From contig CBDCWG010000007.1 in the NCBI GenBank assembly GCA_965223345.1, positions 160,001 through 224,000 of the forward strand: a stretch of DNA of 64,000 nucleotides. The letters are read 5' to 3'. Shown here in pieces: positions 15,857 to 25,864 of this stretch (the stretch's first letter is position 1; every line of letters starts with the position of its first letter). Position numbers and translations under genes: made by a program. Source of the DNA: Nitrospinales bacterium (GTDB lineage: Bacteria > Nitrospinota > Nitrospinia > Nitrospinales > VA-1). The notes under the pieces were generated by a model, which had not been told where the DNA came from, did no database searches, and was given only the letters and a program-made list of their open reading frames with translations.

Positions 15857-17569
15857 TTAAATCGTCGGCCCTCTGTCCTTCATGTACTGATGAATTCCCT
15901 GGGCTATGGACGAAGCCAGCCGGTTGAGATAATCCGTTGATTTCAGTCTTTTCTCTTCGCGCGGATTGGTGACGAACCCGACTTCCACCAGAATGCTGGG
16001 CATATTGGTGTCGTGCAGAACGAAAAACGGTCCTTCCTTGACGCCCAGATCCCGCACACCGCGGTATTTCTTTTTCATGGCCGAGTGCATGCGCTCCTGC
16101 ACCCGCCCGGCAAGCTGCGCCGAATCGTTGATCTTGGTGGTGCTGATGAGGCTCGCCAGGATCTGCTGCACCTGATCGTCCTGCACCGAGCGCACCAGTT
16201 CGCCGTTTTCACGCGCAGCGGTTTCCTGGGCCTGGGCGCTGTTGGCGACCCCCAGATAATAGGTCTCGATGCCGTGGGCGGAACGGCGCTCCGCGGCGTT
16301 GGCGTGGATGGAGACGAACAGCTTGGCGTGGTTCTCGTTGGCGATCTCCCCTCTTCTCTCAAGCGAGATGAACGTGTCATCGGTGCGCGTCAGAAGCACC
16401 TTGTAGCCGTAGCGTTTTTCCAGAATCCGCTGGAGCCGCTTGCTGATCTTGAGGTTCACGTCTTTTTCATGCAGTCCGCTTTTTCCCTGCGCTCCCAGGT
16501 CTTTGCCGCCGTGTCCCGGGTCGAGAACGATCAGCGCCGGTCCCTTTTTCACCGGCCGCTTGGCAACCGGAGGCACCGCTGCCGGCACCGCTTTGACGAT
16601 GCGGGTCCGCGCCAGCTTGGGTTTGGGGCTGGGCTTGATTTTTTTGGCGTACTGGATGGTTTTCGGCCGGGGCTTTTTCAGGCTGATGACCACCTGGGAG
16701 ACGCCGCTCTGGGCGGTCACCTCAACGCCTTTGGCCGAAGGCAGATCCATCACCAGGCGGCTGGTGTTCTTGTCGAACTGGCTCAAGCGCAGCTTCGAGA
16801 GGATGTCCCCAGGCACGGCGATTTCCTGATCCAGGCGCTCGTCCAGCCGGGAATTCTTGAAATTAAAATAGATGCGGTCCGGGTTGTGCAGCCGGTTCTG
16901 CGCGATTTGCAGCGGACCGTCGGTATCAATCACCACGCGCACGGTGTCGTCCAGCGTCACGTAGTGGATATTCTTCAACGTCCTGAGCGCCGCCGTTTTC
17001 GCGGTCTGCTTGCGGATTTCGATGCGGGAGGCAACCTTGGGCGGCGCGAGCCGGGCGGTGCGCTGCAACTCCTCCTTCGCCTTGCGGGCCTGATCCCCTT
17101 CGGGGAAATATTTCAATATCTTTTCAAACGAAGCGCGCGCTTCCGCGATCTGTTTTTTGCTTTTGAGGATCTGCCCCTGATGGAACAGGGCGTCGTCGGT
17201 CAGGCGGCCGTCCTTGAATTCGGAGATGACCTTGTAATAGAAATGCAGGGCCTGATCGCGGTCGGAGGTTCGTTTGGCGACCTGATACAGTTCGTGATAC
17301 AGCCGGGCAGTGGTGAACAGCGCGTTGTAGGCGGAAACACTCGCGGGCTCGGCTTTGTAAACCTTTAAAAACCGGTCGATGCACTGGATCCAGTGATCCC
17401 GGTACGCCTGTTTGGCGGAGGAGCCCTTCAGCTCGTAGTAACACTTCTGCGCCTTGGCGTACAACGGCGAGTCGGTCTTGCCGGCGTGGGCCTTTGCAAG
17501 CGGGAATAACGCAACGATAAATAAGAAGGCGAGGACCGAAACGAAGTTTTTTGTTTCGCGAAAGAACAT
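15857..17569 (-). CDS. N-acetylmuramoyl-L-alanine amidase (TPR + AMIN + Amidase_3)
   Basis: 'IVLDPGHGGKD.GA', 'EKDVNL', 'LFVSIHANA' and 'PSILVEVGFVTN'; N-terminal signal peptide, TPR-like and AMIN regions. Confidence 0.9.
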   Translation of the reverse strand: MFFRETKNFVSVLAFLFIVALFPLAKAHAGKTDSPLYAKAQKCYYELKGSSAKQAYRDHWIQCIDRFLKVYKAEPASVSAYNALFTTARLYHELYQVAKRTSDRDQALHFYYKVISEFKDGRLTDDALFHQGQILKSKKQIAEARASFEKILKYFPEGDQARKAKEELQRTARLAPPKVASRIEIRKQTAKTAALRTLKNIHYVTLDDTVRVVIDTDGPLQIAQNRLHNPDRIYFNFKNSRLDERLDQEIAVPGDILSKLRLSQFDKNTSRLVMDLPSAKGVEVTAQSGVSQVVISLKKPRPKTIQYAKKIKPSPKPKLARTRIVKAVPAAVPPVAKRPVKKGPALIVLDPGHGGKDLGAQGKSGLHEKDVNLKISKRLQRILEKRYGYKVLLTRTDDTFISLERRGEIANENHAKLFVSIHANAAERRSAHGIETYYLGVANSAQAQETAARENGELVRSVQDDQVQQILASLISTTKINDSAQLAGRVQERMHSAMKKKYRGVRDLGVKEGPFFVLHDTNMPSILVEVGFVTNPREEKRLKSTDYLNRLASSIAQGIHQYMKDRGPTI

Positions 17570-17690
17570 TCAGATCGACCGGACGACGGTTAAAAGTGGT
17601 GCGGGGATAATGCGTAGCTTTAATTAGATTAAAATTTCCATAAAAATTGACAGGTTATACCATAACCAATTAATTTTATTATGGTTTTAA

Positions 17691-17719
17691 ATAGTATCAT
17701 TTTTTAAAAATAGCGTCAA
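17691..17719 (-). promoter_or_regulatory. Sigma70-type promoter for amidase-der
   Basis: Minus strand TTGACG-N17-TACTAT with an extended -10 TG, in an AT-rich gap. Confidence 0.6.
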
Positions 17720-17747
17720 GACGGTGAAGGGCAACGAATCAAGGAAG

Positions 17748-18476
17748 TTACCAGCCTTCCTGCAGGCGGTCGGCGAGCGCGGAAGGCAGGCCGTTGTCGA
17801 GGATCTTTTTGCCGGCGGATTCGATGTCGTAGCTGTAACGGTGATAGTGCAGCGTTTTGACATTCCGGTCGAGCACGACGAAGCAGGGATCGGGGTTGTG
17901 GTCTCGCGGCTGGCCCAGGCTCCCCACGTTGACGATGTAGCGGTGCCCGTCCTCCAGATCCCAAACGTCGGAAACATAGTCCTCTATGGAACCATCGGGG
18001 GCCTCATCGAGGATCACCGGCTGGTGCGAATGGCCGAGAAAACACAGGGGAGCGGTGAAATGGTCGAAATGCATCCGGCCGTCCGAGCGGGAGGTGACGT
18101 AGTGCCAGGATTCGGGCTCGAACGGGGAGGAATGCACCCAGTGGATGCCGTCTTCCTGCAGCTCACAGGGCAGAGACTTTAAAAAACGGATGTTTTTGTC
18201 GGAAAGCTGCTCGCGGGTCCACAGGCAGGACTGATACGCCCAGGAATTGAAATAGGCGGTGTCGGTTCGTTGCACGGCGGCGTAATCGTGGTTGCCGCCC
18301 AGCACGATGTCGGCGCGTTGCCGCACCCAGTCGAGGCAGGCATTGGGGTCGGCGCCGTAGCCGACGGTGTCGCCGAGGCAGACGATTTTGTCGTGCGGGA
18401 TGGCGGCGATCTGTTGTTCGAAAGCGCGCAGGGATTCGAGGTTGCTGTGCAGGTCGGAAAAAATGATGTAGCGCAT
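17748..18476 (-). CDS. Calcineurin-like metallophosphoesterase
   Basis: 'SDLHSN', 'LGDTVGYG', 'GNHD', 'GHSH' and 'NVGSLGQPRD'. Confidence 0.9.
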   Translation of the reverse strand: MRYIIFSDLHSNLESLRAFEQQIAAIPHDKIVCLGDTVGYGADPNACLDWVRQRADIVLGGNHDYAAVQRTDTAYFNSWAYQSCLWTREQLSDKNIRFLKSLPCELQEDGIHWVHSSPFEPESWHYVTSRSDGRMHFDHFTAPLCFLGHSHQPVILDEAPDGSIEDYVSDVWDLEDGHRYIVNVGSLGQPRDHNPDPCFVVLDRNVKTLHYHRYSYDIESAGKKILDNGLPSALADRLQEGW

Positions 18477-18520
18477 TCAGGCACCCGAGCGCAGGGGGGG
18501 TAAAACCGGATGGACCGCCC

Positions 18521-18946
18521 TCACCCCACCGAGGGCTGAGGCAGGTCCAGCTCCTTGTACACCTTGTCGAGAATCCCGTTGATGAAATCCGGCGATTCCT
18601 CGCTGCCGTATTTCTTGGCGATTTCCACGGCCTCGTTGATGGCCACCTTGGGCGGGATGGACCGGTCGTGGATAAGCTCGCAGACCCCGAGACGCAGGAT
18701 GTTGCGGTCGATCACGGTCATGCGGTCGAGCGTCCAGTGCTCGCTGTACTTTTGCAGCAGCGTGTCGATCTCCTCCTTGTGGCTGAGGACCTTTTCCACC
18801 AGCTCCTGCATGAAGCCTTTGACCTCCTCGCCGCCGGTGAGGCGCTCGCCGAACTGCTGCATCTGCTCCTCGAATTCCCCGCCGTTGAACTCAAACTGGT
18901 AGAGGAACTTCAGCGCCTGTTCTCGCGAGGATCGTCGTTTTCCCAT
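18521..18946 (-). CDS. nusB: Transcription antitermination factor NusB
   Basis: 'RRSSREQALKFLYQ', 'IDRNILRL' and 'VAINEAVEIAKKYG...FINGILD'. Confidence 0.97.
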   Translation of the reverse strand: MGKRRSSREQALKFLYQFEFNGGEFEEQMQQFGERLTGGEEVKGFMQELVEKVLSHKEEIDTLLQKYSEHWTLDRMTVIDRNILRLGVCELIHDRSIPPKVAINEAVEIAKKYGSEESPDFINGILDKVYKELDLPQPSVG

Positions 18947-18956
18947 CGGGATCCGC

Positions 18957-19421
18957 CTAAATCTTTTTGTACAGGTTGACCATCTCGATCGCGGCGAGGG
19001 CGGTTTCCCAGCCCTTGTTGCCGCCCTTGGAGCCGGCGCGCTCGATGGCCTGTTCCAGGTTGTCGGTGGTGAGGATGCCGAACAGGACCGGGATCGAAGC
19101 CTGCATCGCCAGCGCGCCCACGCCTTTGCTGGCCTCGGCGGCGACGTAGTTGAAATGCGGCGTCGCGCCGCGGATCACCGCGCCCAGGCAAAGCAGCGCA
19201 TCGTATTTGTTCTGCGCGATCAGTTTTTTCGCGGTCATGGGAATTTCAAACGCGCCGGGAACGTGCACAACATCGATGTCCTTCGCATCCGCGCCGTGAC
19301 GCACCAGGGCGTCCACCGCCCCGTCGGTGAGCCGGCCGGTGATGAAGTCGTTGAACCGGCTGACGACGATGCCGAATTTGCATCCCTTAGCGTCGAGTTC
19401 CCCCTGTATCGTGTTGACCAT
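18957..19421 (-). CDS. ribH: 6,7-dimethyl-8-ribityllumazine synthase
   Basis: 'IVVSRFN', 'VPGAFEIP', '[11 protein letters not shown]' and '[12 protein letters not shown]'. Confidence 0.97.
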   Translation of the reverse strand: MVNTIQGELDAKGCKFGIVVSRFNDFITGRLTDGAVDALVRHGADAKDIDVVHVPGAFEIPMTAKKLIAQNKYDALLCLGAVIRGATPHFNYVAAEASKGVGALAMQASIPVLFGILTTDNLEQAIERAGSKGGNKGWETALAAIEMVNLYKKI

Positions 19422-19440
19422 GCTGTGTGCCCAGAATATC

Positions 19441-20652
19441 TCAGGAAATGTTCTTGATCATGTGGCCCATCTTTTTCTGTTTGGTGCGCAGGTATTTGAC
19501 GTTGTCCTTGCGCGGGTGCACCTCGATGGGCACGCGCTCGACGATGTGCAGCCCGTAGCCTTCCAGCCCGACGATCTTGCGCGGGTTGTTGGTCAAAAGG
19601 CGGATCTGCCCCAGACCGAGCTTGCACAGGATCTGCGCGCCGATGCCGTACTCGCGCAGGTCGGCCTTGAAACCCAGGGCCTCGTTGGCCTGCACGGTGT
19701 CCTTGCCTTCATCCTGCAGCGCGTAGGCTTTCAATTTGTTGATGATGCCGATGCCGCGGCCTTCCTGCGGCAGATACACCAGCACCCCGTTGCCCTCTTC
19801 GTTGATTTTCTCCAGCGCGCTGTTGAGCTGATCGCCGCAGTCGCAGCGGAACGAACCGAACACGTCGCCGGTGAGGCACTGGGAATGCACCCGCACCAGG
19901 GTCGGCACATCGGGCTGGATCTCGCCTTTGACGAGCGCGATGTGGATCTGGTCAATGAGCACGTTGCGGAACGTGACGGCGGTGAATTCGCCGTGCGCCG
20001 TCGGCAACACCGTGCGCACCACTTCCTCGACCAGCGCCTCGCGCTGCAGCCGGTATTCGGCGAGGTCCTTGGTGGTGATCATTTTCAGGCCGTGTTTTTC
20101 CGCGAATTTCGCAAGCTGCGGCACGCGCGCCATGCTGCCGTCCTCGTCCATGATCTCGCAGATGACGCCGGCGGGCTGAAGTCCCGCGAGCCGGGAGATA
20201 TCGACGGACGCCTCGGTCTGGCCCATTCGGACTAACACGCCGCCGTCCTTGGCGCGCAGCGGAAAGATGTGGCCGGGTTTGACGAGATCGTTTTTGCCGG
20301 TCTTGGGGTCGATGGTAACGCGTATGGTCTGGGCGCGGTCCGCGGCGGAGATCCCGGTGGTCACGCCTTCGCGCGCATCGATGGACACGGTGAACGGCGT
20401 TTCGAAATGCGACTGGTTTTCCTGCACCATCATGGTGAGGCCCAGCTCACGCGTGCGCTCTTCGGTGAGAGCCAGGCAGACCAGACCGCGGCCGTACTTG
20501 GCCATGAAATTGATCGCCTCGGGCGTCACCTTGTCGGCGGCGATCATCAGATCGCCCTCGTTTTCGCGATCCTCATCGTCCACGATGATGATCATCTCAC
20601 CGTTTTTGACATCCTCGATCGCTTCGTCTATAGAGCTGAATGGTTTGTTCAT
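19441..20652 (-). CDS. ribBA: Bifunctional DHBP synthase / GTP cyclohydrolase II
   Basis: '[10 protein letters not shown]', 'PGHIFPL', '[20 protein letters not shown]', 'QEGRGIG' and 'LLTNNPRK'. Confidence 0.97.
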   Translation of the reverse strand: MNKPFSSIDEAIEDVKNGEMIIIVDDEDRENEGDLMIAADKVTPEAINFMAKYGRGLVCLALTEERTRELGLTMMVQENQSHFETPFTVSIDAREGVTTGISAADRAQTIRVTIDPKTGKNDLVKPGHIFPLRAKDGGVLVRMGQTEASVDISRLAGLQPAGVICEIMDEDGSMARVPQLAKFAEKHGLKMITTKDLAEYRLQREALVEEVVRTVLPTAHGEFTAVTFRNVLIDQIHIALVKGEIQPDVPTLVRVHSQCLTGDVFGSFRCDCGDQLNSALEKINEEGNGVLVYLPQEGRGIGIINKLKAYALQDEGKDTVQANEALGFKADLREYGIGAQILCKLGLGQIRLLTNNPRKIVGLEGYGLHIVERVPIEVHPRKDNVKYLRTKQKKMGHMIKNIS

Positions 20653-20686
20653 CGCTTGCCGTCACTATGGATGTGCCTGCACCGGG

Positions 20687-21340
20687 TCATAAAAATCCCT
20701 TCTGCCTGAGCAGGTCCAGGGATATCTTCTCTCCTTTGGCGGGGTGCACCAGCAGCGTCTCGCAGGCCTTAAAGACATATTTGCCAATCATATCACATTC
20801 GATGTTCACCCGATCTCCGATTTTCCGCTCCTTCAGGTTGGTGTGGGACAGGGTGAAGGGAATGATGGACACGGAAAATTTGTTGTCCGAACAGGAAAAC
20901 ACGGTGAGGCTGATGCCGTCCACGGCGATGGAGCCTTTTTCGATGATGAACGGGCTGAGTTCGGGCGGGTGCTCGAAGCGGAACACCACTTCACCGGGTT
21001 TCGTTTCGTGATCCACCACGGTGCCGGTCTGGTCGATGTGGCCGGAAACGAAATGCCCGCTGATCTTCTGATCGGGCGTAAGGGAGCGCTCGAGATTGAC
21101 GGCCGTGCGGACTTTGGCTTCGCTGAAGCCGGTGCGGTTCAGAGTCTCGGTGCTCAAATCGACGGTGAACCCGTCTTTGGAAAATTCGCGCACGGTGAGG
21201 CAGACGCCGTTGACGGCGATGCTTTCCCCGAGTTCGAATTCCCCGAATTCCGGATCGGTGTGGATCACCATCTCCGCGTGTTCCTCCATCCGGTTGATTT
21301 TCTCGATCTGTCCCACACTCTGAATGATTCCGCTGAACAT
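20687..21340 (-). CDS. ribE: Riboflavin synthase (alpha chain)
   Basis: N-terminus MFSGII; 'GESIAVNGVCLTV', 'GHFVSGHID' and 'KGSIAVDGISLTV'. Confidence 0.95.
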   Translation of the reverse strand: MFSGIIQSVGQIEKINRMEEHAEMVIHTDPEFGEFELGESIAVNGVCLTVREFSKDGFTVDLSTETLNRTGFSEAKVRTAVNLERSLTPDQKISGHFVSGHIDQTGTVVDHETKPGEVVFRFEHPPELSPFIIEKGSIAVDGISLTVFSCSDNKFSVSIIPFTLSHTNLKERKIGDRVNIECDMIGKYVFKACETLLVHPAKGEKISLDLLRQKGFL

Positions 21341-21352
21341 GCGTTTCCTTCC

Positions 21353-22462
21353 CTATCGTTTTTCCGGTGTGGCTTCGACCATCCAGTCCTCGCCCACCGG
21401 GGTGATTTTCATGTTTTCCAGTTTGAGCACCTTTCGCATCGTCTCGATGCCCGCGCCACCGACCGGGCCGGGTGCGCCGCTGCCGCCGATGATCGCGGGC
21501 GCGATGAAAAAGATCACTTTGTCCACGATGCCCGCTTTAAGCGCGCTGGCGTTGATCTCTCCGCCCGCTTCGATCAGCACGGAGGTGATCTCCCGTTCGC
21601 CCAGCTTGCGCATGAGATGGGACAGATCGACCCCGCTCCGGGTTTCCTTGACGGAAAGGATCTCGATGCCTTTGGCTGTTAAGGCTTGCTTTCGGGATGC
21701 GCTCGGGTTTTTCCCGCAGGCGAGGATCACTCTCTGGGTCTTCGTGTTCTGAAACACCTTCGCGTTCAGAGGAACCCGCTGCCGCCGGTCCACCACCACG
21801 CGGATGGGGTGCCTGGGGTTCCGCTTTCCCGTTCGGACGGTCAGCATGGGATTATCCTTCAATACGGTGCCCGCGCCAACAAGAATCGCATCGACCTGCT
21901 CTCTCAATGCGTGCACAGTGCGGCGCGCCTTCGCCCCGGTGATCCATTTCGACGCGCCCGTGCGGGTGGCGATCTTGCCGTCGAGGGACAGGGCGGATTT
22001 TAAAATCACATAGGGTTCGCCGGTCTGAATGTATTTGATGAAAACCGCGTTCAGCTCCGCGCATTCTTTTCTGAGGATGCCGGTGGTGACGCCGATGCCA
22101 CCTTTTTTCAAAGCGCGGATGCCTTTTCCGCATACCAATGGGTTGGGGTCGCGCATGCCGATATACACGTGCCGGATTCCGGCCTTGAGCAGGGCTTCGG
22201 TGCAGGGAGGGGTTTTTCCGGTGTGACAGCAGGGCTCCAGATTGACATACAGGTCCGCGCCCTGGGCCTGGCTTCCGGCCTGCCTGAGGGCGGCGATTTC
22301 GGCATGCGGACCGCCGGCTTTTTTGTGGTAACCCGCGCCCACGACCGCGCCGTTTTTGACCAGAACCGCGCCCACCAGGGGATTGGGGCTGGTTTTGCCC
22401 CGCCCTTTTTGCGCGAGCGCCAGCGCCTGCTGCATGTGTTTTTTATGGGATGCTTCCGTCAC
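21353..22462 (-). CDS. ribD: Bifunctional riboflavin deaminase/reductase
   Basis: 'PNPLVGAV', 'HAE', 'LEPCCHTGKTPPC' and 'SLDGKIAT'. Likely GTG start at 22462; the ORF-track extension overlaps motB. Confidence 0.95.
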   Translation of the reverse strand: MTEASHKKHMQQALALAQKGRGKTSPNPLVGAVLVKNGAVVGAGYHKKAGGPHAEIAALRQAGSQAQGADLYVNLEPCCHTGKTPPCTEALLKAGIRHVYIGMRDPNPLVCGKGIRALKKGGIGVTTGILRKECAELNAVFIKYIQTGEPYVILKSALSLDGKIATRTGASKWITGAKARRTVHALREQVDAILVGAGTVLKDNPMLTVRTGKRNPRHPIRVVVDRRQRVPLNAKVFQNTKTQRVILACGKNPSASRKQALTAKGIEILSVKETRSGVDLSHLMRKLGEREITSVLIEAGGEINASALKAGIVDKVIFFIAPAIIGGSGAPGPVGGAGIETMRKVLKLENMKITPVGEDWMVEATPEKR

Positions 22463-22550
22463 GGTGTGGTTCCGCCCGATTCGAGTTGTGAACGCGCCCG
22501 GCCGCGTGGGACCGATCGCTGCGCCGGACCGCCAGCACCACTTTAGCCGA

Positions 22551-23375
22551 TCAGTTCTTGCGGCGCAAAATATCCACCATCTGCTTGCGGATGCTGCCGC
22601 GCTGGTAGACGATTTCGATGCGACGGTTGGCGGCCCGGTTCTCTTTGCTGGTATTCGCCACTTTGGGCCGAAACTGCGCCAGGCCTTCGATGGAAAGGTT
22701 TTCCGCCGGGAAACCCGCTTCGGTGAACATGCGCGCCACATCGGCGGCGCGGGAGGCGGAAAGCTCCCAGTTGGACGGAAACTGTTTGCTGCGGATGGGG
22801 GTGTCGTCGGTGTGGCCTTCGATCTTGACCTGATAGTTGAACTGGTTGAGCAGCTCGAACACCTGCTTGATGACTTTCTTGCCCTCGGGCGTCATTTTGG
22901 CCTGTCCGGGCGGAAACAGCACCATGTCGGAAATGGTGATCACCGCGCCGCGCTCGTCGGAGGACACCTCCACCGCTCCGGAAAGTTTGTTCTTGTAGAC
23001 GAATTCCTCGACCTCGGAGGCGATCTCCTCGATCTCCTTGGCGACCATGGCGCCGACTTCGTCGATGGCGTGGACGCTGTCCTCCTGCATCTGCATCTGC
23101 ATCTTGATGACGTCGAGGCCCTGGCGCGTGCCGGATTCCGGAATGGCTTCGGTTCCCAGCGCGTCCTTGAGGGATTCCTTGATCAGACGCCATTTCTCGT
23201 CTTCGATCGAGCCCATGGCGAACAGCAGGATGAAAAAAACCATGAGCAGGGTCACCAGATCGGCAAAGGTCATGACCCAGGCCGGGGCACCCCCGGATCC
23301 CTCGTCCTGCTCCTCTTCATCATCCCCTTCGTCAGCGGGATCGGGATTTTTTTCTTTTGCGTCTTTTTCAGCCAT
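22551..23375 (-). CDS. motB: Flagellar stator protein MotB/PomB
   Basis: 'WVMTFADLVTLLMVFFILL'; OmpA-like domain 'IEGHTDD', 'SNWELSASRA' and 'NRRIEI'. Confidence 0.93.
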   Translation of the reverse strand: MAEKDAKEKNPDPADEGDDEEEQDEGSGGAPAWVMTFADLVTLLMVFFILLFAMGSIEDEKWRLIKESLKDALGTEAIPESGTRQGLDVIKMQMQMQEDSVHAIDEVGAMVAKEIEEIASEVEEFVYKNKLSGAVEVSSDERGAVITISDMVLFPPGQAKMTPEGKKVIKQVFELLNQFNYQVKIEGHTDDTPIRSKQFPSNWELSASRAADVARMFTEAGFPAENLSIEGLAQFRPKVANTSKENRAANRRIEIVYQRGSIRKQMVDILRRKN

Positions 23376-23388
23376 GCTCAGTCACGGT

Positions 23389-24189
23389 TTATTTTTTCGC
23401 GGGTTTCTTGCCGCCGCCCTCTTCTTCCTTTTTGGACTTCTTGCCGTGGTACGAATCGAGGAAGTTTTCCAGAACGTCTTTCATGAACCGGGGGTTCACG
23501 CCTTTGCGGATGTAGGCGATGCCTTCCAGCACCAGGTTCATTTCCAGGGTTTCGCTGGCGCTTCTGCGTTTCAGCTTGACGGTCATGGGAATGAACAGCA
23601 GGTTGGCGATGCAGGCGCCATAGAATGTGGTGATGAGCGCGATGGCCATTTTCGGTCCGACGGAGTTGACGTCCGCAAGGTCCGCGAGCATCTGGATCAG
23701 ACCGATCAGGGTGCCGATCATGCCGAAGGCCGGGGCGAAGGCCCCCATCTGGTTGAAAATCTCCCAGCCGTCCTTGTGCGATTTCTGGATCTGTTTGATC
23801 TCGCGCTTGAGCAGGGCGTTCACCGTGGCCTCGTCCTTGCCGTCCACGGTCATCTCCAGTCCCTTTTTCAGAAATTCGTTGTCGATGTCCTTGAGCTTGG
23901 ACTCGATGGCCAGAACGCCGCCTTTGCGCGCCACGTTGCACACGCCGACCATGTCTTCGATGAGTTCGTAATGGTCGCTTTTGCGGACGAAGAACACGCG
24001 CAGAAACAGGCCCATCACCTTCATGACCTCATTGAAGGGAAATGCCACCAGGGTGGCCGCCAGGGTGCCGCCGATGACGATCATGGCCGATGGGGCGTTG
24101 ATGAACAGACCCAGTCCGCTGTTCATCAATATGGATGAAAGGACCAGCCCGATGCCTGCGATGATTCCTGCTAAAGTTGCGATGTCCAT
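23389..24189 (-). CDS. motA: Flagellar stator protein MotA/PomA
   Basis: 'MDIAT', 'IVIGGT', 'ARKGGVLAIE', 'APAFGMIGTLIGLI' and 'ALITTFYG'. Confidence 0.93.
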   Translation of the reverse strand: MDIATLAGIIAGIGLVLSSILMNSGLGLFINAPSAMIVIGGTLAATLVAFPFNEVMKVMGLFLRVFFVRKSDHYELIEDMVGVCNVARKGGVLAIESKLKDIDNEFLKKGLEMTVDGKDEATVNALLKREIKQIQKSHKDGWEIFNQMGAFAPAFGMIGTLIGLIQMLADLADVNSVGPKMAIALITTFYGACIANLLFIPMTVKLKRRSASETLEMNLVLEGIAYIRKGVNPRFMKDVLENFLDSYHGKKSKKEEEGGGKKPAKK

Positions 24190-24195
24190 GGTTTT

Positions 24196-25545
24196 TTACG
24201 GTTGTTTGATTTTGACTTTCCCCGAAATCGGGTCCATAGCGTGAAACCGGATGATCTTGTTCAGCGTGTCGCGGTTGAGCACCGTGCCCTTGCGCAACAG
24301 ATTGATGCCCGATTCGGAATAGATGTCCGAAGCCAGCTCCATGCCCTCCACCAGTGCGAAAACCGAACAGTCCAGCGCTTTCGGCTCTTCGGTGTCCATC
24401 TGGGTGTCCACGTACTCACACAGGTAATTCATGACCTGCTCGTCGAACACCGTCCCCACCCGCTGATCCATCGCATCCAGGAGGCTTTTGGGCGTGCTCT
24501 CGGGCTGGGCGATGCGCGCGTGATCGAAAAAACTGGCGGCGGTGATGATCCGCGATCCCACCGGAATGCGGTCGCCGTACAGTCCGTCCGGAGAACCGGA
24601 CCCGTCCACGTTTTCGTGCAGATGCCGGATGATCGCCGCGATCAGCTCGAAACCGGGAAATCCTTTCAAAAGCATCTCTCCGACCAGCGGATGGTGGGTC
24701 TGATGCCGGTTGTTGTCCTCGTCCAGCGCTTCCAGCCGCCGTTCCGGGGTCGGCAGGGCGACGATGCCCAGCTCGTGCAGCCGGGCCGCGGAGCGGATGT
24801 TGCGAATCTGGTAATCGGTGAGCTTCATCTTCTCGGCGATGTACACCGACATGGCCGCCACCCGTTCGGCGTGGCCCCGGTGATCGGACTGGTGCAGCTC
24901 GATGATCGCGGCGAGAAGCCCTTCCGTCGAATCGAAGCGGCGCGCCAGTTCGTCCACCATGCTGGAGATCTCGGCGTTCTTCTCCTCCAGCTGCTTGTTG
25001 AGGTCCGTCATCTCATGCAGGCTCATTCCCAGCCGGCGCTTGTCGGTGTGCAGTTCGTCGTTGAGGGCCGCGAGTTTTTTGTGAAACTGTTTGAGTTGTC
25101 CTAAGGATTCCTCCAATTGCTGGTTCTTTTCGTGCACGGTTTCGTTGAGCCGCACGAGCCTGAGCGCGGAATGCACCAGAAAGACCAGCTCGCCGCTTTT
25201 GAGCGGTTTGGACAGATACGCGTCGGCCCCGTTCTCACGGGCGCGGGCGGCGTGGTCTTCGCCGGGATGGTAGTCGGACATCAGGATGAACGCGCATTTC
25301 GGGTTCTCCTGGCGCACGGTGCGGCACACCTTGTGTCCGTCCATGCCGGGCAGATGAAGGCTGCTCAGGATGAAATCGGGCTTCGCCCGGCGCATCGTTT
25401 CCAGCCCCTCTTCGCCGGAGGGCGTCTGCAGCACTTCAACCGTTGTGGAACCGAGCGATGGAATCAAAATGTTCTTCACCGTTTCCGAAAGAGTCGGGTC
25501 TGGATCGATACAGAGAATCGTTATGGTTTTGCGGGTGATGTTCAA
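24196..25545 (-). CDS. Response regulator: REC + coiled coil + degenerate HD-GYP-like domain
   Basis: REC ('LPGMDGHKVC', 'GADAYLSKP'); HD-GYP-like 'GHAERVA', 'ARLHELG' and 'HLHENVDGSGSPDGL.G..IP..SRII'. Confidence 0.8.
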   Translation of the reverse strand: MNITRKTITILCIDPDPTLSETVKNILIPSLGSTTVEVLQTPSGEEGLETMRRAKPDFILSSLHLPGMDGHKVCRTVRQENPKCAFILMSDYHPGEDHAARARENGADAYLSKPLKSGELVFLVHSALRLVRLNETVHEKNQQLEESLGQLKQFHKKLAALNDELHTDKRRLGMSLHEMTDLNKQLEEKNAEISSMVDELARRFDSTEGLLAAIIELHQSDHRGHAERVAAMSVYIAEKMKLTDYQIRNIRSAARLHELGIVALPTPERRLEALDEDNNRHQTHHPLVGEMLLKGFPGFELIAAIIRHLHENVDGSGSPDGLYGDRIPVGSRIITAASFFDHARIAQPESTPKSLLDAMDQRVGTVFDEQVMNYLCEYVDTQMDTEEPKALDCSVFALVEGMELASDIYSESGINLLRKGTVLNRDTLNKIIRFHAMDPISGKVKIKQP

Positions 25546-25721
25546 GGCCCCGTCCCGTATCCGGTCTGACCGAGTTCGATTATTAAAATATGGGAATGCT
25601 GAAATTGTTCTTTGAAGTAAATCTGTGGCGAAAGGCGTTCAGAAATCAGCGGAAGTTTCCCATCCCCCCTGCTTTCCGGGAAACCCCAAACACCCCAAAA
25701 TGCCTTTAAGCCATTGATTTT

Positions 25722-25750
25722 ATGATAAAAAGGACTCGCCCCTGAGTCAA
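25722..25750 (-). promoter_or_regulatory. Sigma70-type promoter upstream of the REC/HD-GYP-motAB-rib run
   Basis: Minus strand TTGACT-N17-TATCAT. An IHF consensus match (AATCAA-TGGC-TTA) lies adjacent at 25707-25719. Confidence 0.55.
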
Positions 25751-25864
25751 GGAAAACTTTTTTCTATCTATGGAGGACCTAATTGGGGGCGTTTTTTCAG
25801 GGATTTTGGCGGATTTTCCGGGAAAACCGGATTTTCGGCAGTCTGAAGGGAAAGCGGCGGGAAT

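Noticed and set aside
22463..22741. N-terminal extension of RibD in the ORF track, and a possible FMN riboswitch
   Set aside because: The extension overlaps motB in another frame. The gap of about 90 nt is too short and lacks RFN consensus blocks.
25585..25620. Possible sigma28 promoter upstream of the regulator-motAB genes
   Set aside because: Only a weak match (CAAA-N15-TCCCATAT) to TAAA-N15-GCCGATAA.
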